A stretch of 64,000 nt of DNA from the human T2T-CHM13v2.0 reference genome, Homo sapiens. Shown one piece after another: positions 37,881 to 51,740 of this stretch. The position numbers were made by a program, and so were the translations under genes. The notes beneath the pieces are model-generated. The model saw nothing but the letters and a program-made list of their open reading frames with translations. It was not told the DNA's origin and did not search any database. The number at the start of each line of letters is the position of its first letter. Position 1 is the stretch's first letter. The stretch lies in the NCBI RefSeq assembly GCF_009914755.1, contig NC_060944.1. One strand, given 5' to 3'.

Positions 37881-38050
37881 GTTAGGTTGGCCCATGGGCT
37901 GGAGCGTCTGCGTCTTGGTCGGCCCGGCAGTGTACATGTCAAGCAGCGCGCAAAGACTCCACAGCCATTCGTAGGCACTGCTGGCCTCATGCTCCAGACA
38001 GCCCTGGGACAATGGGCCACCAAGGGAAATCAATGATTGCGTGGGCGCAG
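37881..38050 (+). ncRNA. Candidate internal exon of a non-coding transcript
   Basis: Pyrimidine tract CTCCGTCTCCTTTCAG| and CAG|GTGACC donor; CpG-retaining non-repeat sequence; no recognisable protein. Confidence 0.3.
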
Positions 38051-38964
38051 GTGACCTCCAGCCTGCTTCAGGGCCACCCTTGTTCCCCATGCCAACTCCC
38101 TCCTTCCTATGGGCTCCCAAGAAATGGGTGGCAGAGACCAGCCTGGTGATTTACCTCCTGCCTTTCCGTGACTTCCTCCCAGTCCTGTGCATCTCATGTT
38201 TAATTATGAGGCTGTGGAAGGTGGTGATATTAATTATAGGGCTGAGGTTGTGTTACTTGGAGAAAGTCAGTGCACATGTCATTTGATTTTCCTCAAGAAG
38301 GAAAACTGTATTTTTTCCGATCTCAAAAATAATTCCAGGGAAATAAATGTGTACAATCACACTTTGGGGTTTAAAACTAACGAGTTTCAGTTTTAAAACA
38401 TGTTAAAAACCTTTCTATTTGGAGAAAGCTGGAAGAATCCACTTTGGGGATCTGGCGGTTCTCAGGAGCTGTATTACCTCGGGATGGTCTCACTGGTTGG
38501 TAGCAGCTTTTGTATGAGGAGGGGCATGGGGTCCCGACTTAGGCAGAGAAGGCTTTGCTGAAGAGGTGCAAAGCCCAGCTTAGGGCTGGGTTTTCTACAG
38601 ACCAGGAACAAAAGCATTGCTTGGCAAGATTTCTTCTCTGCTCAGAGAAAACACGCAGATTCCAAAGAGTGAGATGGAGAGAATTTGACATGTCTTGGTT
38701 TGAAAATAAGTCAAAAGAAGTCTAATATTAACAATAGCAATAATAATAACAACCATTAATTGTGCCTGCGTTAGGTACCAGGCCCTATTCTAAGTGTTGT
38801 GAGTGCCCTCTGTCATTTAATCTCCACGGAGTCCTGAAGGTGCTTCCCAGGTTTGTCCCCATCACACAGATGAGGCAATCGTTCTGTTAAGACTGTCCTT
38901 GGGTCATTATGTCAGCAATGAAATCGGTGCTGCCATTACTAAACCCTTACTGTGTGCTGGCATT

Positions 38965-39052
38965 TGTGTATGCATGCATGTGTGTGCGTGCACACGTGTG
39001 TGTTTGCGTGTACATGTGCATGTGTGTGTTGTGTGCCTGTGTGTGCACATGT
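38965..39052. repeat. Degenerate (TG)n tract
   Basis: Seen directly. Confidence 0.85.
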
Positions 39053-39479
39053 AGAAAGAAAGTGATGTGTGGGAATGGAGAATTCCAACCCAGGAGGAGA
39101 CTGTGCCTGGGGCTGCCACGAGAAGTGGTGACACTTCGAGAAACGGGTTCCAAATGCACGTTGCCTTCCAGTTCTCTGTGTGACCTTGGGCAAGTCACTT
39201 CAGCTCCCTGAGCTTTGTTTTTAAAAATATTTTTTAAATGTATAAAACCATGGACCATTACATATGAAGAGAAATGTGTGTGCAAACATTCAGTTAATAA
39301 TCACAAGGTGGAGGAGTGCCTGCTCAGACCCAGAGCTGACACAGGGAACTCTCCCAGAAGGCTGCAGGGCTTCCCTCCCAACCCTCCAACGGCCCACTTG
39401 CTGAGCCCGTGCTTATCTGTTCAGTGGAAATGCCATGTGCCACGTTCCTCAGAAGTAAAGCCACTAGGTAAGTGTGACA

Positions 39480-39690
39480 CTCTGTGCCCAGCTTGGTGCA
39501 AAGCCCCTTGTGTGTGCTATCTTATTGACCTCCCAAATAGCATGGTAAGGTCAGTACTGTCACTTCCCCCACTTTGAAGATGAGGAGAGCACAAATTCTA
39601 GATGGAAATGGAGGTCACGCAGTGGAAATAGGATCCAGACAGATTAATCCAATCTCAAGCCTGAATTCTTCCATTCCACGCTACGCTTGA
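39480..39690 (-). mobile_element. MIR
   Basis: CCCCACTTTGAAGATGAGGAGAGC core-like sequence. Confidence 0.55.
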
Positions 39691-41589
39691 AGCTCAATCT
39701 CTCTTCCTGGTTGATTCTCCCCACTTCCCCACCCCCAGATATATCCCATCGCTGCTTGGTGGACAGTAGCCATGACTGGGTTTTGGTAAAGGTTGCTGAA
39801 TAATCAGGCTGCTGGTTAGTTTTTACATTTCACCTTTCCCAGTGAAATGGGGCCCCATGAAAAAGGCAGCTCAAGTTGTAAATTACTCAAAGGAAGGACA
39901 GAAAGGTCTTCTGTTTGCACCTACCCTAAGGATTTGGGGTAGACACTGGGAATTTACTAATTATGAATTCCAGTGCTTTCCTTGCTGAAAGAGAGGCGTG
40001 GAATCAACGCTGAGTGAAGGCATCAAGTTTAAGCTGCTAATTACTTCCTGATCATGCAGAATAAAAGCTACGTCCCTTGAAATACACCAGGCAGCTAAAC
40101 ATAATCTTTGCGTTTCCGTAGTGTTGGTTAAGGAATCCAGATGTTACTGCAATAACCACTCCATAAACAAAAGGAACACCCAGCTGTGAGAACTGGCTTC
40201 TCAGCATTCGTCCCAGCAGAGGCTCTTCCGGGGCCAGCCCTGGAAGAACCCATCAGGGTTCTGATGGTTGCCCTGTTTCAGCACAGCCCTTATTGGCAGG
40301 CAGACGGCTACGGGCACAGCCACAGGCTGAAGGTGAGTCCAGCACACAACTTTCTGACAGTGAACAGGAGTAAACATGGGACCCACCCGAAACCTTTGTC
40401 TGTTGACTTCTTAGCAAATGGAGGCAGCTCTAGGCTCTGGAGAGTTCGGGTATAGGAGACCATGACTTGAGCAGACTGATATAAGTGGAATGCAAACATA
40501 TTTAGATGGCACAACTTAATTTAGATTTATCAGTGCTAATATAGAAAAAGCTAGTATTTATTGGGGCTTATTAGATTTTTAGTCTGAATCCTCACAACTT
40601 ACGAGGGGGTTCGTTTTACAGACTATGATCTTGCATGATTTCCCCAAAGATGCTCATTAAGTATATGGTGAAAGTAGAATTTGAATACAGAAGACCTGGT
40701 TCTGCTACTTTCTGTGTTTCTATTTGGTTCAAACCAGCCTTTCTTCTTTCAAAACAACTTCAGTGCAATTCATGGTTTTGGAAAATAAACTTGATTTTGA
40801 GATTCAGACAATAAGTGCATTTTTAATGTTTATTCTTTTATCTTGAAAAACTGATATATTTATGAAATGATATGTGCTCACTCAGTGTCAACACTTCAAA
40901 CAACACAGACAGTACAATGACAAATTGGAGATCAGCTCTAATCTCGGCCCCCAATTTAATGCATTGCTGAATATTCTTCTGAACATAGTCCATCCCACAC
41001 TGTCCCATGACACAAGACGCTCCAAGGGGCTGAAGATAGAGGGACTTCTGCAGTCAAGAGAGCTGGGAAACTCTTGGACAGTCACAATGTGCATTTGGGT
41101 ATTAAAGGCTCTGCAAAGTTCTGCACCAAATAAACCCTTGGATTGGCTTGATCCAATGCCATGTTTCCAAAACCTACTTGCCCGTGGGACACCTTAGTCC
41201 ATAACACAGGTTGGCATTTCTTCTAGAGAGTGTGCTGTGAAAAACACTGGTCTCACAGCACCGTGCATTCATCCAGCAGGTATTTACCAAGCAGGGACTT
41301 TGGGCCAGGTCCGTGCTAGGCTCTGCAGGTGGACCAGCCAGCCCTGACCTCCATGGTGTCTCTTCTCATGGGAGAGGCTGCACAGCAGTCATTGAGAAAA
41401 CGAAGAAACACACAGGTACTTTCAGATGCTGATAATGACTACCATGTGCTAAAAGAGCTCCAGGTGTTGTCTGTTTTGAGACAATCTTCTCGACAATGAG
41501 ATAGAATGAACCATGCAAACTTTGGGGGCTACGATGGTTTTAGGAAAGAGCTAGAGTGAAAAATCCTTTGACATATATACATACAAATA

Positions 41590-44090
41590 AAGATACATGT
41601 GTATAATTTTATGTAATTGACATCACATTATATGCTGGCACCTGCCTTTTTTGCTTAATGAAAATGTCAAAGGTAATATTACCAATCAATCAATATATTT
41701 CACCATCGTGTTTAATTTCTGCAGAGCACTTATTCAAGCACATACTGCATTTTTCTTAGTCACTCACTGGTGGGAATAGAAAGTTTTCTCAGGCATGCAT
41801 TTTTCCCACTTCTGAAATGATCTCCTTAGAATAAATTCCCCAAATTGTATTGCTGGGTTCAAAGGCATGAACATTTTACATTTTTATACAATAATGTCAA
41901 ACTACCTTCCGGAAATGATGCTCACTTTACTTTCCCTCCAAGACTGTGTGAAAATGCCCATTTTCCTAAATGCTTACTATGACTGGTTTCCAACTACATT
42001 TTAATTCTTGTTCAATCTGATAGGCAAAAAATGATATTTAATTTTTATTTGATTGATAATGACCTTGAACGTGCCCATTAGCCTTTTGCATGTATTCTTT
42101 TATGAAACATCTGTTCCTATCCTTCGTCAATGTTCCTCTTCATATGTTAACTTTTCTTATTGATTTGTTAGAGCACTTTGTATATTGTGAATATTAGCTT
42201 TTGTGATCAGAATTATGGAATTGTTGTTGTCTTTAGTTTTGCTTATCAAGTTTAAAGCCATTCAGAGATGTTGTAAATGTGTATGTTGTTAAATTTATGT
42301 CTTATTTTGTGTTTTCTGATGCTCATATGTTTAGAATGGTCAAGCAATCCCAACTTATGATTACATAAATATTCTCCCATATTTGCTCTTAGCATTTTTT
42401 TTCTTTTCATGTAACCCTTTGTTCTTTCAGGAATTTACTTTGCGGTAAGAAATGGGCTGGCTTCCAGTTTTATGTTTCCCAAATGGTGATTCAGCTGTTC
42501 CATTTCCATATTCTCCCTTATTAGAAATGACCACTATATTATGTTCTAAAATATCTGCGTACTTGTGTCCCTTCCTATAATCTCAGTTCATCTCTTTGAG
42601 CTATCTTTTGATTCCTTTTTCAAACCACACTGCTTTACTGAACTGTCATCATCTTATACATTTTTAATACTCAGCAAGACAAGTTTCTCAATGCCACTCT
42701 TTTTCAGAGTTTTTCTGGTGGTTGTAAGATGTTTATTCTTCTGGATAAACTTTAGAATCACTCTTTTTGTCCAAGGTAAAATATATCCCACATTGAGATC
42801 ATACTGAATATACAGACTAATTCAGGAAAAAATGTATGTCTTTATTGCATTGAGTCTTCTTATCCAATAAAAAAGATATGAATTTCCATGTATTGAAATC
42901 TTCACTGAGACTTATTTTTGGCTTTTCACATGTCCTGCAAATGTATTGTTAAATTTATTTTTAGGTATTTTAGGGGAAATGATTTTCTAAAGTTTGTATT
43001 TTCTAGCTTGTTATAATTTACATATGAGATAGTCATTGTTGTATATTATTTATAACTGATCATATTACTGTATTTGTATTGTTTTAATAGTTTTTCTATT
43101 ATTTTGGGTTTTCCTGGAATACAACCTTATTATCTACAAATTATGATTGTTTTGCCTTTTCCAATGTTCATAACTGTTTTTATATTCTTGTCTGATTGCT
43201 TTGTTCAGCACTTCTAGAATAAAGTCATGCAATACTAATGATAAAGGGTACTCTGAACTTGTGACTCTCATAGGATGCGGACAGTATTTTTACAAGAAAA
43301 TTTGATGATAATTTTTGGATTGGAATGTGCATTAAAAAAATTCTACGGTGCTCACACCTGCAATCCCAGCACCTTGGGAAGACAAGGTGGGTGGATCGCT
43401 TGAGCCCAGGAGTTTGAGACCAGCCTGGGTAACATACCAAAATCCTGTCTCTACAAAAAACAAACAAACAAAACCCAAACGACAACAAAAAAACCCAACA
43501 ATTAGCCAGGCATGGTGGCACACACCTGTAGTCGCAGCTACTCAGGAGGCTGAGGTGGGAAGATCACTTGAGCCCTGGAGGTGGAGGTTGCAGTGAGCTG
43601 AGATGGCATGGCGCCACAGCACTTTAGTCTGAGCGACTGAGTGAGAGCTTGTCTCTAAAAAAAAAAAAAAAAATCAAAAACCAACCAAACGAACAAAATC
43701 TTATAAGAAGGAGTTATTGATAATTTCAAGTATCAGAAATGGATGTTAAATCTTATCAAATGTCTTTATGACTTATAAGAAATGATCATATACTTCTTTA
43801 TCCTTTGTCCTATTAACACGTTGAGAGTATTTTTTAAAGTTTCCCAAACCATATAGCTCCTGGATTTTGCAAATGAGTTCCTCATCATCATGGTGTGTTA
43901 TTTACCAGCGCTTTTCTCAAGCTTTTTGGGTGAACTTTCTCTAATTACCTTTTCTGCGGGGAGTCTGTGTCAGGCCCTGGCATTCAGGTTATGCTGACTG
44001 TGGAGAAACCATTCAGTGACTTTTTGTCTTTCTCAATGTACTGGAATTGTTTCCATAGTACAGAAATAATCAGTTCCTTGAAGATTTGAG
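41590..44090 (-). mobile_element. Highly diverged L1M remnant interrupted by an AluJ
   Basis: T-rich antisense L1 motifs (ATAAACTTTAGAATCA, TGAGTCTTCTTATCCA, AATGGATGTTAAATCTTATCAAATG, TCAGTTCCTTGAAGATTTG). Confidence 0.65.
43347..43673 (+). mobile_element. AluJ
   Basis: GGATCGCTTGAGCCCAGGAGTTTGAGACCAGCCTGGG (J-type) and an A tail. Confidence 0.9.
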
Positions 44091-44244
44091 AAAATAAGAC
44101 TCTGGCAAGCAGTAACTTCTATCCCACTGTTGGGAATATAAATGGTTTCAGCCACTTTGGAAAGTCTTTTGTTAATATCTAGTTAAGTCAAAACACTTGT
44201 ACCCTATGCTTCCGCAACTCTACTCCTCTATCTGGGCCCTAGAG

Positions 44245-44810
44245 TCACGGTCCCCAGCGTTTTTGGCATCAGGGACGGGTTATGTGGAAGCCAGTTTTTC
44301 CAGGGACTGGGTTGGGTGGGGGATGGTTTCAGGATGATTCAAACACCTTACATGTACTGTGCCCTTTATTTCTATTATTATTAGCACAATACATTTATTG
44401 TGCACTTTATTTCTATTATTATATTGTAATATACAATGAAATAATTATACAACTCACCATAATGTAGAATCAGTGGGAGCCCTGAGCTTGTTTTCCTGCA
44501 ACTAGCTGGCCCCATTTGGGGGTGATGGGAGACAGTGACAGATCATCAGTCTTTAGATTCTCATAAGGAGCACATAATCTAGATCCCTCGCATGTGCACT
44601 TCACAGTAGGGATCACGCTCCTATGAGAATCTAGTGCTGCTGCTGATCAGACAAAAGACAGAGCTCAGGAGGTCATGCAAATGATGGGGAGCAGCTGTAA
44701 ATACAGGTTAAGCTTTGCTCACTCGTTGGCCGCTCATCTGCTGCTGTACAGCCCAGTTCCTAACTGGTTCCTAACCTGTACCGGTTCACGGCACGGGGTT
44801 GGGGGCCCTA
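44245..44810. mobile_element. MER1A (hAT-Charlie)
   Basis: GGTCCCCAGCGTTTTTGGCA...GGGGTTGGGGGCCCT termini; perfect 8-bp TSD CCCTAGAG (44237-44244 and 44811-44818). Confidence 0.9.
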
Positions 44811-45090
44811 CCCTAGAGAAACTCTCTTATGCATGCCCAAGAAATCGTATGTGTCAGAATTTTCATTGCAGTGTTGTTCGTGCTGGTTAACAAATCAGAA
44901 ATGACTTAAATGTTCCTTAGTAGCGGATTGGATTAGGTAATTTATGTAGTGGATTACTCTGCCACAGATGAAATGATTAAATTAGGTCTACTGATATCGA
45001 CCTGGGAAATTCTCAAAAAATTAGTATGGGGGAGGAGACAGTGAGAAGAAAGTGAAAAAGAACATGTTCATCATGATACAATTTGTGTAA

Positions 45091-45208
45091 AAATAACAGG
45101 AAACAATGTTACATATAATTTTGTTATATAACAAATAACAGGAAATAATGTTATATATAATTTTGTTATATAACAAATAACAGGAAACAATGTTATATAT
45201 TATTTTGT
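45091..45208. repeat. 42-bp AT-rich tandem repeat, ~2.8 copies
   Basis: AAATAACAGGAAA recurs at 45091, 45133, 45175. Confidence 0.9.
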
Positions 45209-46249
45209 GCACCAAGTGTGGATAATATATACACATATATCATCAAAAGCACAGAAGAGAGGGGTATTAATCACCTTCAAGAATCAGGGTTTCCCCTGTG
45301 GAGGGAGGGAGCGGAGACAAAATGGTAACAGAGAAGTGGAGCTTCAAAGGTCTTGTAGTATTTCATGCATTAACCAAAAAAGGTCTGTTGTAAATACAGA
45401 AACACATGATATCTTTGAAAGCTGTGTGGTGGGGCATGGATATTTGTTATATTAACCACACTTCATTTATGGTCTTTATGAATTTCTATCTGGTTTCTCC
45501 ATTAAGGATTAGAGAGGTATTTCAAAGGCTCCTATTGTATTTCTACCAATTCTGTCTGTTCATCTTCCTTTTAAAAATTGGAGATGGAGGCTGGACACTG
45601 ACAATTGTTATTCTTTAGATACTTTGAGTTAGATAACACAGTGCTTGGCACGGGGCAGGTGTCCAATAAGCGCTAGGTGGCATCATCATCCTCTTGGACA
45701 CTTTGGCTCTGTGTGCATCCCTCCAAATCCTCTGTTCCCTTGCCTTGGTGTGAAGCCAGTGCGCTTCAGGTGAACCCCCGTGGCTCCCAGCTCTTCCCAG
45801 GCTGAGGTGGGCATGGCGCCCCATCGAGAAGTTGGAGCATAGGCCCTTGTGCTTGGTGAGAACATTATGTGTGTCCCTTTTTGACTCCTTTGACTTGCAA
45901 CACTGATTCCTAGGTTACACTTCGGGACTGCCTGCCAGTTCGTGAAAATGACAGGGCTGTCCCTTCTCACCTGGGTCCTGCTGTTCACCTGACCTGCTGG
46001 GGTGGGGCACCAGCCCAGGCAGACAGTTTCTCTTTCTTCCTGGTAACCTGTGGTCCAGGCCCCACTCTCACATCTTCTCTTACTTGTCCATGAGCTAAAG
46101 TGACTCACCTCCTTTGCACCTTTCACTTTGACCTGATTTGGATTGCTTCTGGTGGATTTCCATCAGTGTGGCATGGCGGTGTGCTTTCCCCAGTTTCAGG
46201 GAAGGCTGACTTAACTAGTCTACTTGTGGATCCTTTGGGTCCATGGATC

Positions 46250-46470
46250 TTACTTTGGGGTGATTTTGCATGATGGGGATATTTGGCAATGTCTAGACAC
46301 ATTTTGGTCATCACAGCTGGGCAGGGACAGAGGGAGGGTGTGCTACCAGCATCTAGTGGTGGAGACCAGGGATGCTGCTGAATGTTTTAAGATGCACAGG
46401 ACAGGCCACCCCCCTTTAAACAAAGATTTATCCTTGAAGTATAAATAGTGCCCAGGCTGAGAAACTCTGC
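46250..46470 (+). mobile_element. MER20
   Basis: GGGGTGATTTTGC...ATTTGGCAATGTCT...GAGACCAGGGATGCTGCT...GCTGAGAAACTCTG. Confidence 0.85.
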
Positions 46471-46910
46471 CTTAGGCCCAATGAGCCAATTTTACTCTGG
46501 TATGCCTCACTTTGCTTCAACAGCTGGGCTTCGGAGAGACAGCATGCATTTTACATTGATGTGGTCTGATGTAACAAGCACCAGGCACCTTAGTATCATA
46601 ATATGACTGATTAGATTATCATTTGCATTGTCATTTTGTTAATGTGTAGAGGAGGAAATATTACTGGAAGTCAGAAGATGGATCTTTGTTATGCCACCTT
46701 CTTCCATTCATGCATGCGTTTAACAACTATTTACGGAGCATCTACTATGTGCTGGATATCATGCCAGATGATGCCCTTTTAGTGCTCTCAGTCCAGTAGG
46801 AACACAGGGGAAAAAACCCAACCAAATACACAGATAACTGTATGTCTTGGAGATGGTAGCGTGTAGCAGAAAGGAAATAAGAGCATCAGGGAATCCACCC
46901 ATGTAGGCGG

Positions 46911-47336
46911 TGTCTTAGCCTCCTGTGGCTGCTGTAACAAACACCGCACATTCAATGGCTCCAATCACTAGAATCATATTCTCTCCAGGTGTTGGTAGGG
47001 CCTTGCTATTTCTGGGGGCTTTAGGGTAGGATCCTTCCTTGCCTCTTCTGGTTTTCGGTGGCATCTCCTGGCCTTCCTCCCTGTGTAGCTGCATCACTCC
47101 CATCTCTGTCTCTGCCGTCATGTAGACTTCTGTGTCTGCATCTTCTTCTCTCCTGTCTCTTGTAAGGGCACGTGTCATTGATTTAGGGCCCACTCTAATC
47201 CAGAATGATCTCATCTCAAGATCTGTAATTACATCGGCAAAGACCAGGCCCTTCTTTCCAAGTAAGGTTACAGTCACAGATTCTGGGGATTAGGATGTGG
47301 ATATATCTTTTGAGTGACACTTTTCAAACCACTACA
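46911..47336 (-). mobile_element. MLT1B/C-type MaLR LTR
   Basis: GGCTGCTGTAACAAA...GATTTAGGGCCCACTCTAATCCAGAATGATCTCATCTCAAGATC...ACCACTACA. Confidence 0.85.
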
Positions 47337-47603
47337 GATCAGCAAAATGTTCCCTGGAAGCCCCTAGCTGATTTCTTTTCTGTTTTTTTTTTTTTTTTTT
47401 CTCTTTAATCACCAAAAGGAGATAAATGGATTAGGCCAAGCGAGATTCATCCACTTTTCCTAAGCACATTGTTGCTCAAACATAGATTTCTAAGAATCAA
47501 GAAGAAGGCAGGGAGCCAGCAGGGTCTGCCCCAGAAGCTCTCCCTGATTTTCAGATATGCCAAACTCCATCTTCTCTGTAGGTTTTTTTCTTTTTGCTTA
47601 AAA

Positions 47604-47757
47604 CAGCAGTTCTGAAGCTTGGGAAGGCATCAGCATCACCTGGGAGCCTTGCTAAAACGCTCTCTCCTGGAGTTTCTGCTCACAATGTGCATTTCTAAAA
47701 AGCTCCCAGGTAAGGCTGATGCTGCCAGTCCAGGGGCCACACTCAGAGAACCACTGC
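47604..47757. mobile_element. MER5A
   Basis: GCATCAGCATCACCTGGGAG...GCATTTCTAAAAAGCTCCCAGGT...GAGAACCACTG. Confidence 0.75.
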
Positions 47758-48094
47758 TCTGAAACATTCTTCCTGCTCCTGGCTCTTGTCACTCTTGTCT
47801 TCCCCCTTGAGGCTCCCTTTTGCCCAGAGCTTCCTGGTGTCTCCAACCCATGGGTTTCACCCTTTCCTTCTCTTCTGTGGCATTTACCACAGAAATCTTC
47901 CCTTCAGCTCCACACAGGGCACATGTCTTGCAGGCACAGATGTTGTCTTTCTGTCTCCATTTTCCCAGCACCCAGCGCCTCGAGTCCACAGGGACGGCAA
48001 TGCTGAGCGTCTGTTGGATGAACAAGTGAACGAGATTCATGCACGTTCTTTTCCTTCTCTGCAGAGTGCCTGAGCCTGCCAGGTCTTATGCTGT

Positions 48095-48275
48095 GGTGGG
48101 CTCTGGACTGGAGACTGGGTTCAATTAGTGCCTCAGCAATGTGACTCTGGTTAAGCCACTTAAATTCCCCGAGCCTCAGTTTCCCCATCTGTAAAGTGGG
48201 CATAATAGCACTTACCCTAATCTCAAGGGTATCAAATGTGATAAAACCATATAAAGTGTTCATTGCATTTATTAA
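48095..48275 (+). mobile_element. MIR
   Basis: GAGCCTCAGTTTCCCCATCTGTAAAGTGGGCATAATA. Confidence 0.85.
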
Positions 48276-49466
48276 GTGGCTGATCTGTGTTAATTACTGT
48301 TAGTATCATTTAAGGCTGGAGGAGTGCACCTTAGTTTTCTCTTGTTGGGACAAGGCCAGTTGGTTGTGTGTGCCCCTTGGTTTAACCCTAGGGCAGAACT
48401 TCTTTGGTTTGGGGTGCAGGCCTCAGGGGTGCAGGGCTGAGAGGCAGAGGCTGAGTCAAGCCCAGGGAGAAGGCTGGTGTGTTGCCCTGGAGCACCAGTT
48501 TCCTCCACAGTCAGCAATGTCAGCCTTTGAAGACTATTAAGACAAATGCAGTTACATTACAGAAAGCAATAAAAATGCTTGTGAATTTTTAAGGTAAGAT
48601 ACCTAGATTTTAGCCAGGTCCTGGGCTGGGGCCCCCTCCTTGCAGACGTTCCCTTCCTTTGCTGCCTCTCCCATGGCCCCTGCACAAGGCTGCAGGATGG
48701 GTGGGGCTCAGGCCTTGCAGCAGTGAATGGATTGATGAAGCTGCCCTTCAAGGCACTTCTCTTTTCCTTACACAAATGCTTTTGCAACTCCTGTGCCCTG
48801 AGGCTCTGTCTTAAACTGGTGTAGGCCCCAGTGGCAGGGCTGACACCTGACAGCTAAGCCTGGGAGGAAATGCTTTTGATTGTTCCATGCCAGAATACTC
48901 CAACCTTCACCTCCCTGGCCTTTTGTGCTGGAACAAGGCCAATCAGTTCTGTCTGCTCCTTCCAGTGGTGATTTGGTTTAATCAAACAATTGCATGTCTG
49001 GGAGAGTTCCCTGTCCGCCTTGATTATACATGCATCACCCTTGCCCCGCCTTGCACATACTCCCCAAGTCACATTCATCCAATTTCATTTCATTGCAGAT
49101 AAACCACACACAGAAATAGACAATGCAATCACCACAGCCCGTGTCTAGGAGAACATCTTGTCCAAGCGCAGGTGCAATTTTGCCTCCACTTGGCCGTGTC
49201 CTTGCTACCACCTGTGTGGTCTTGGGCCCTGCGTGGGGGAGCAAGAGGGCCTGGCCTCCTTCCTGTCTCATCTCACTGTTCTTCCACACACAGCAGGTAG
49301 CGCCCTCCCAGCCACCCTCCCCATCACCGTCCTCTGATTTGTGAGGTGCCTGACAGGGAGCCAGGGAAGGGCTCACTCCGCAAGCACAGTCTCCCAAAGT
49401 GGCAGCGTCTCAGCACTTTGCAGAGCTGGCATGATCGTTTCCGAAATGTCCACCCAGGCTCTAGGG

Positions 49467-49665
49467 CAGGGTTTCTTAGCCTCGGCGCTATTGACATTTT
49501 GTGCAGGATGCTTCTGTGTCATGGGGCTGTGCTGTGCACGGTACCCCGGCCTCTACCCACTCGATGCCAGTAGCACTCCCTCTCCAGATATGATAACCAG
49601 AAGCATCTCTTGACAAGGCTAAATGTTCCCTGGAAGTCAAAATCGCTGCCAGTGGAGACCCATTG
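49467..49665 (-). mobile_element. MER20
   Basis: CAGGGTTTCTTAGCCTCGGCGCTATTGACATTTT...GGCCTCTACCCACTCGATGCCAGTAGCAC. Confidence 0.85.
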
Positions 49666-51569
49666 AGAGACAGGAAGGTGCAGACAAGGCGTGACTGAAG
49701 AGCAGGTGGTCAGCCCCTGAGAGGCCTTGATGGAGCCTATCAAAGACCCTGCTCACCTGACCCCTGACCCCTCCGTGTGAGCTCTGCCCAGGCCTTGCTC
49801 TCAGCCTTGGGGTGCTCTGCATGCAGAACCCCTCCCGCCTGCACCTCTGAGGTGGCTCTTCCTCTGCAGGGTTGCTTTTGGCACAGGTGGAGGCTCTGAC
49901 TATGGGGACAGGGCTCCCCCTCTGTCATGCTCAGCGCTGTCCCGTCTAAGTCTCATCGCTCATCAGGAACACCCAGGCCCTTGGCTCCCTTTAAAGCTGG
50001 TGTTGGGCCTCAATGAATGCCTCTCTCTTTTGGCTGGAAGCTCCAATATTATTTTCCTCTTTTTATTGGATTATCTTTCTTGAGGTATTCAAATGATAAG
50101 ACAAAAAATATGTCAAAGCCTAGGCTGTCAGCTGCAGGGACTGGCAGTCCTCCATTCAGGAGGCTGAGCAGGTGAGGGCTTTTGATTAGGAAGCTATCAT
50201 GCTCTGATTTTTTCCAGAATGATCACTTATAGATCAAGTGAACTAATCTGTCCCAATTTGCTCATCATGACTTTAGGTCTTTATCTGCATGTCTAGGCTA
50301 TCCCTGTTCGATTTACAAAACCAAGAACAAGAAAGGTTGACCTTACAGCCCCTATGAGGCCTTGACCCAGACGGCCGCCTATAAAAACGGCCCACTCATT
50401 ATGCGGTCACCCAAATGGCTCAAAGGTATAATTGGCACATTTGACTGCATATTACTCGGCCCTTTAAATATCTCTTCTGATGTGTTAAAATTAGCTTCTT
50501 CCCAACCACAAAAAGGGAAAGGAGTGTCCTTTTTAAGCAAATATGGGGAAAAAGCTCCTCTTTGTCTGGCTTAGTTAAAAATGACCCCATCTAAAGTCAA
50601 GGGTATGTACTGGGTGACCTTTCAAGGCAGCACCCAGACTTAAGATGTAAGAATTCTCCTTTTTCGATTGAAAAAAATAGACTTTCTTGACACTTCAGAG
50701 CCATCATAGCACAATGGGAACCGGAGAGAGGGAAGGGGCGGAAGGGCAGAGACCCCAGCTGTACAATGCCCCTGGGTCTAGGCTTGAGCGAAGGTGTGGG
50801 AGTGGGAAGGAGACCATGTGGCTCACGGTGCACAGAAAGGATTTGATGTAACTCAGCCCTCCTCTGTCCCCCAGGTGAGTATCGTGTGTGCTGGCTTCTG
50901 TGGATAGGGGTACAGCACACAGGGAGTCTCACCTGGGTCTTCAATATGCTTCATCTCCATTTCACTGCAGACAGACCCAACCTCAACCTCAGGGGTTAAA
51001 CAGTTGCCCTGGGTCCCCCAGGGTGCAACGGAAAGAGCAGGAATTGGAACCCAAGTCTGTCTGACCCAAGGGCCAAGCTCGTTACAGTTTTCTGGTACTG
51101 AGGTTAAGGGAAAAATCAATCTTGCTTGATTTTCTTCCCTGACCAAATAAAAGCCCCCAAAGACCTAGAGAATTCATCTGAGGTTATAAAAATAAAGTAA
51201 AAGACAGCCCTTTGGGAACAGTCCTGGTCTTGAACTTGAGCTGGTGTTATTGCTGGTGGAGGTGCCCACAGTTTTCACTTGTGGACTCAAGCTCCTTCCC
51301 TGACAGCTTGCTGCAGAGAGCCCTTCACTGAGAGGATCCAGGTGATGCAGCCTCCAAAGTAGGAATGGGCAAGGTGTGCACCTGGAGGTGAGAGGCCGCT
51401 GTCCTGGGACACCGGTGGAAGGAGGTGCTGAGGAAGGTCACAAAAGACATGTTTATTTGACTTCATTAATATTTGAAGGGTGAGCTCTATGCCCCAAGCA
51501 GAGAAAAAAGAAGTGAGGAACTATTAGCATTTTTTATCATATTTAATGGGACAAACATCTAAGGGGCAG

Positions 51570-51740
51570 ATGTCATAGCGGTTAAGAACACGGATCTTAG
51601 AGTTAATCAGATTGGGATCAAGTGCCAAATTTGCCAGTTTCTGGCTGTGAGACTTTGGTCAAGTTACTCTACCTTTTCAAGCCTCAGTTTATGCATCTGT
51701 AAAGTGAGGATGATGGTAATCATATCCATTCACTAGAGTG
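51570..51740 (+). mobile_element. MIR
   Basis: ATAGCGGTTAAGAACACGG...GCCTCAGTTTATGCATCTGTAAAGTG. Confidence 0.8.

Noticed and set aside
37449-38120. 223-aa minus-strand ORF
   Set aside because: Runs through C-rich low-complexity sequence, starts at TTG, and has no recognisable homology
40874-41197. 107-aa ORF in non-repeat sequence
   Set aside because: GTG start, no recognisable domain, and length within chance expectation
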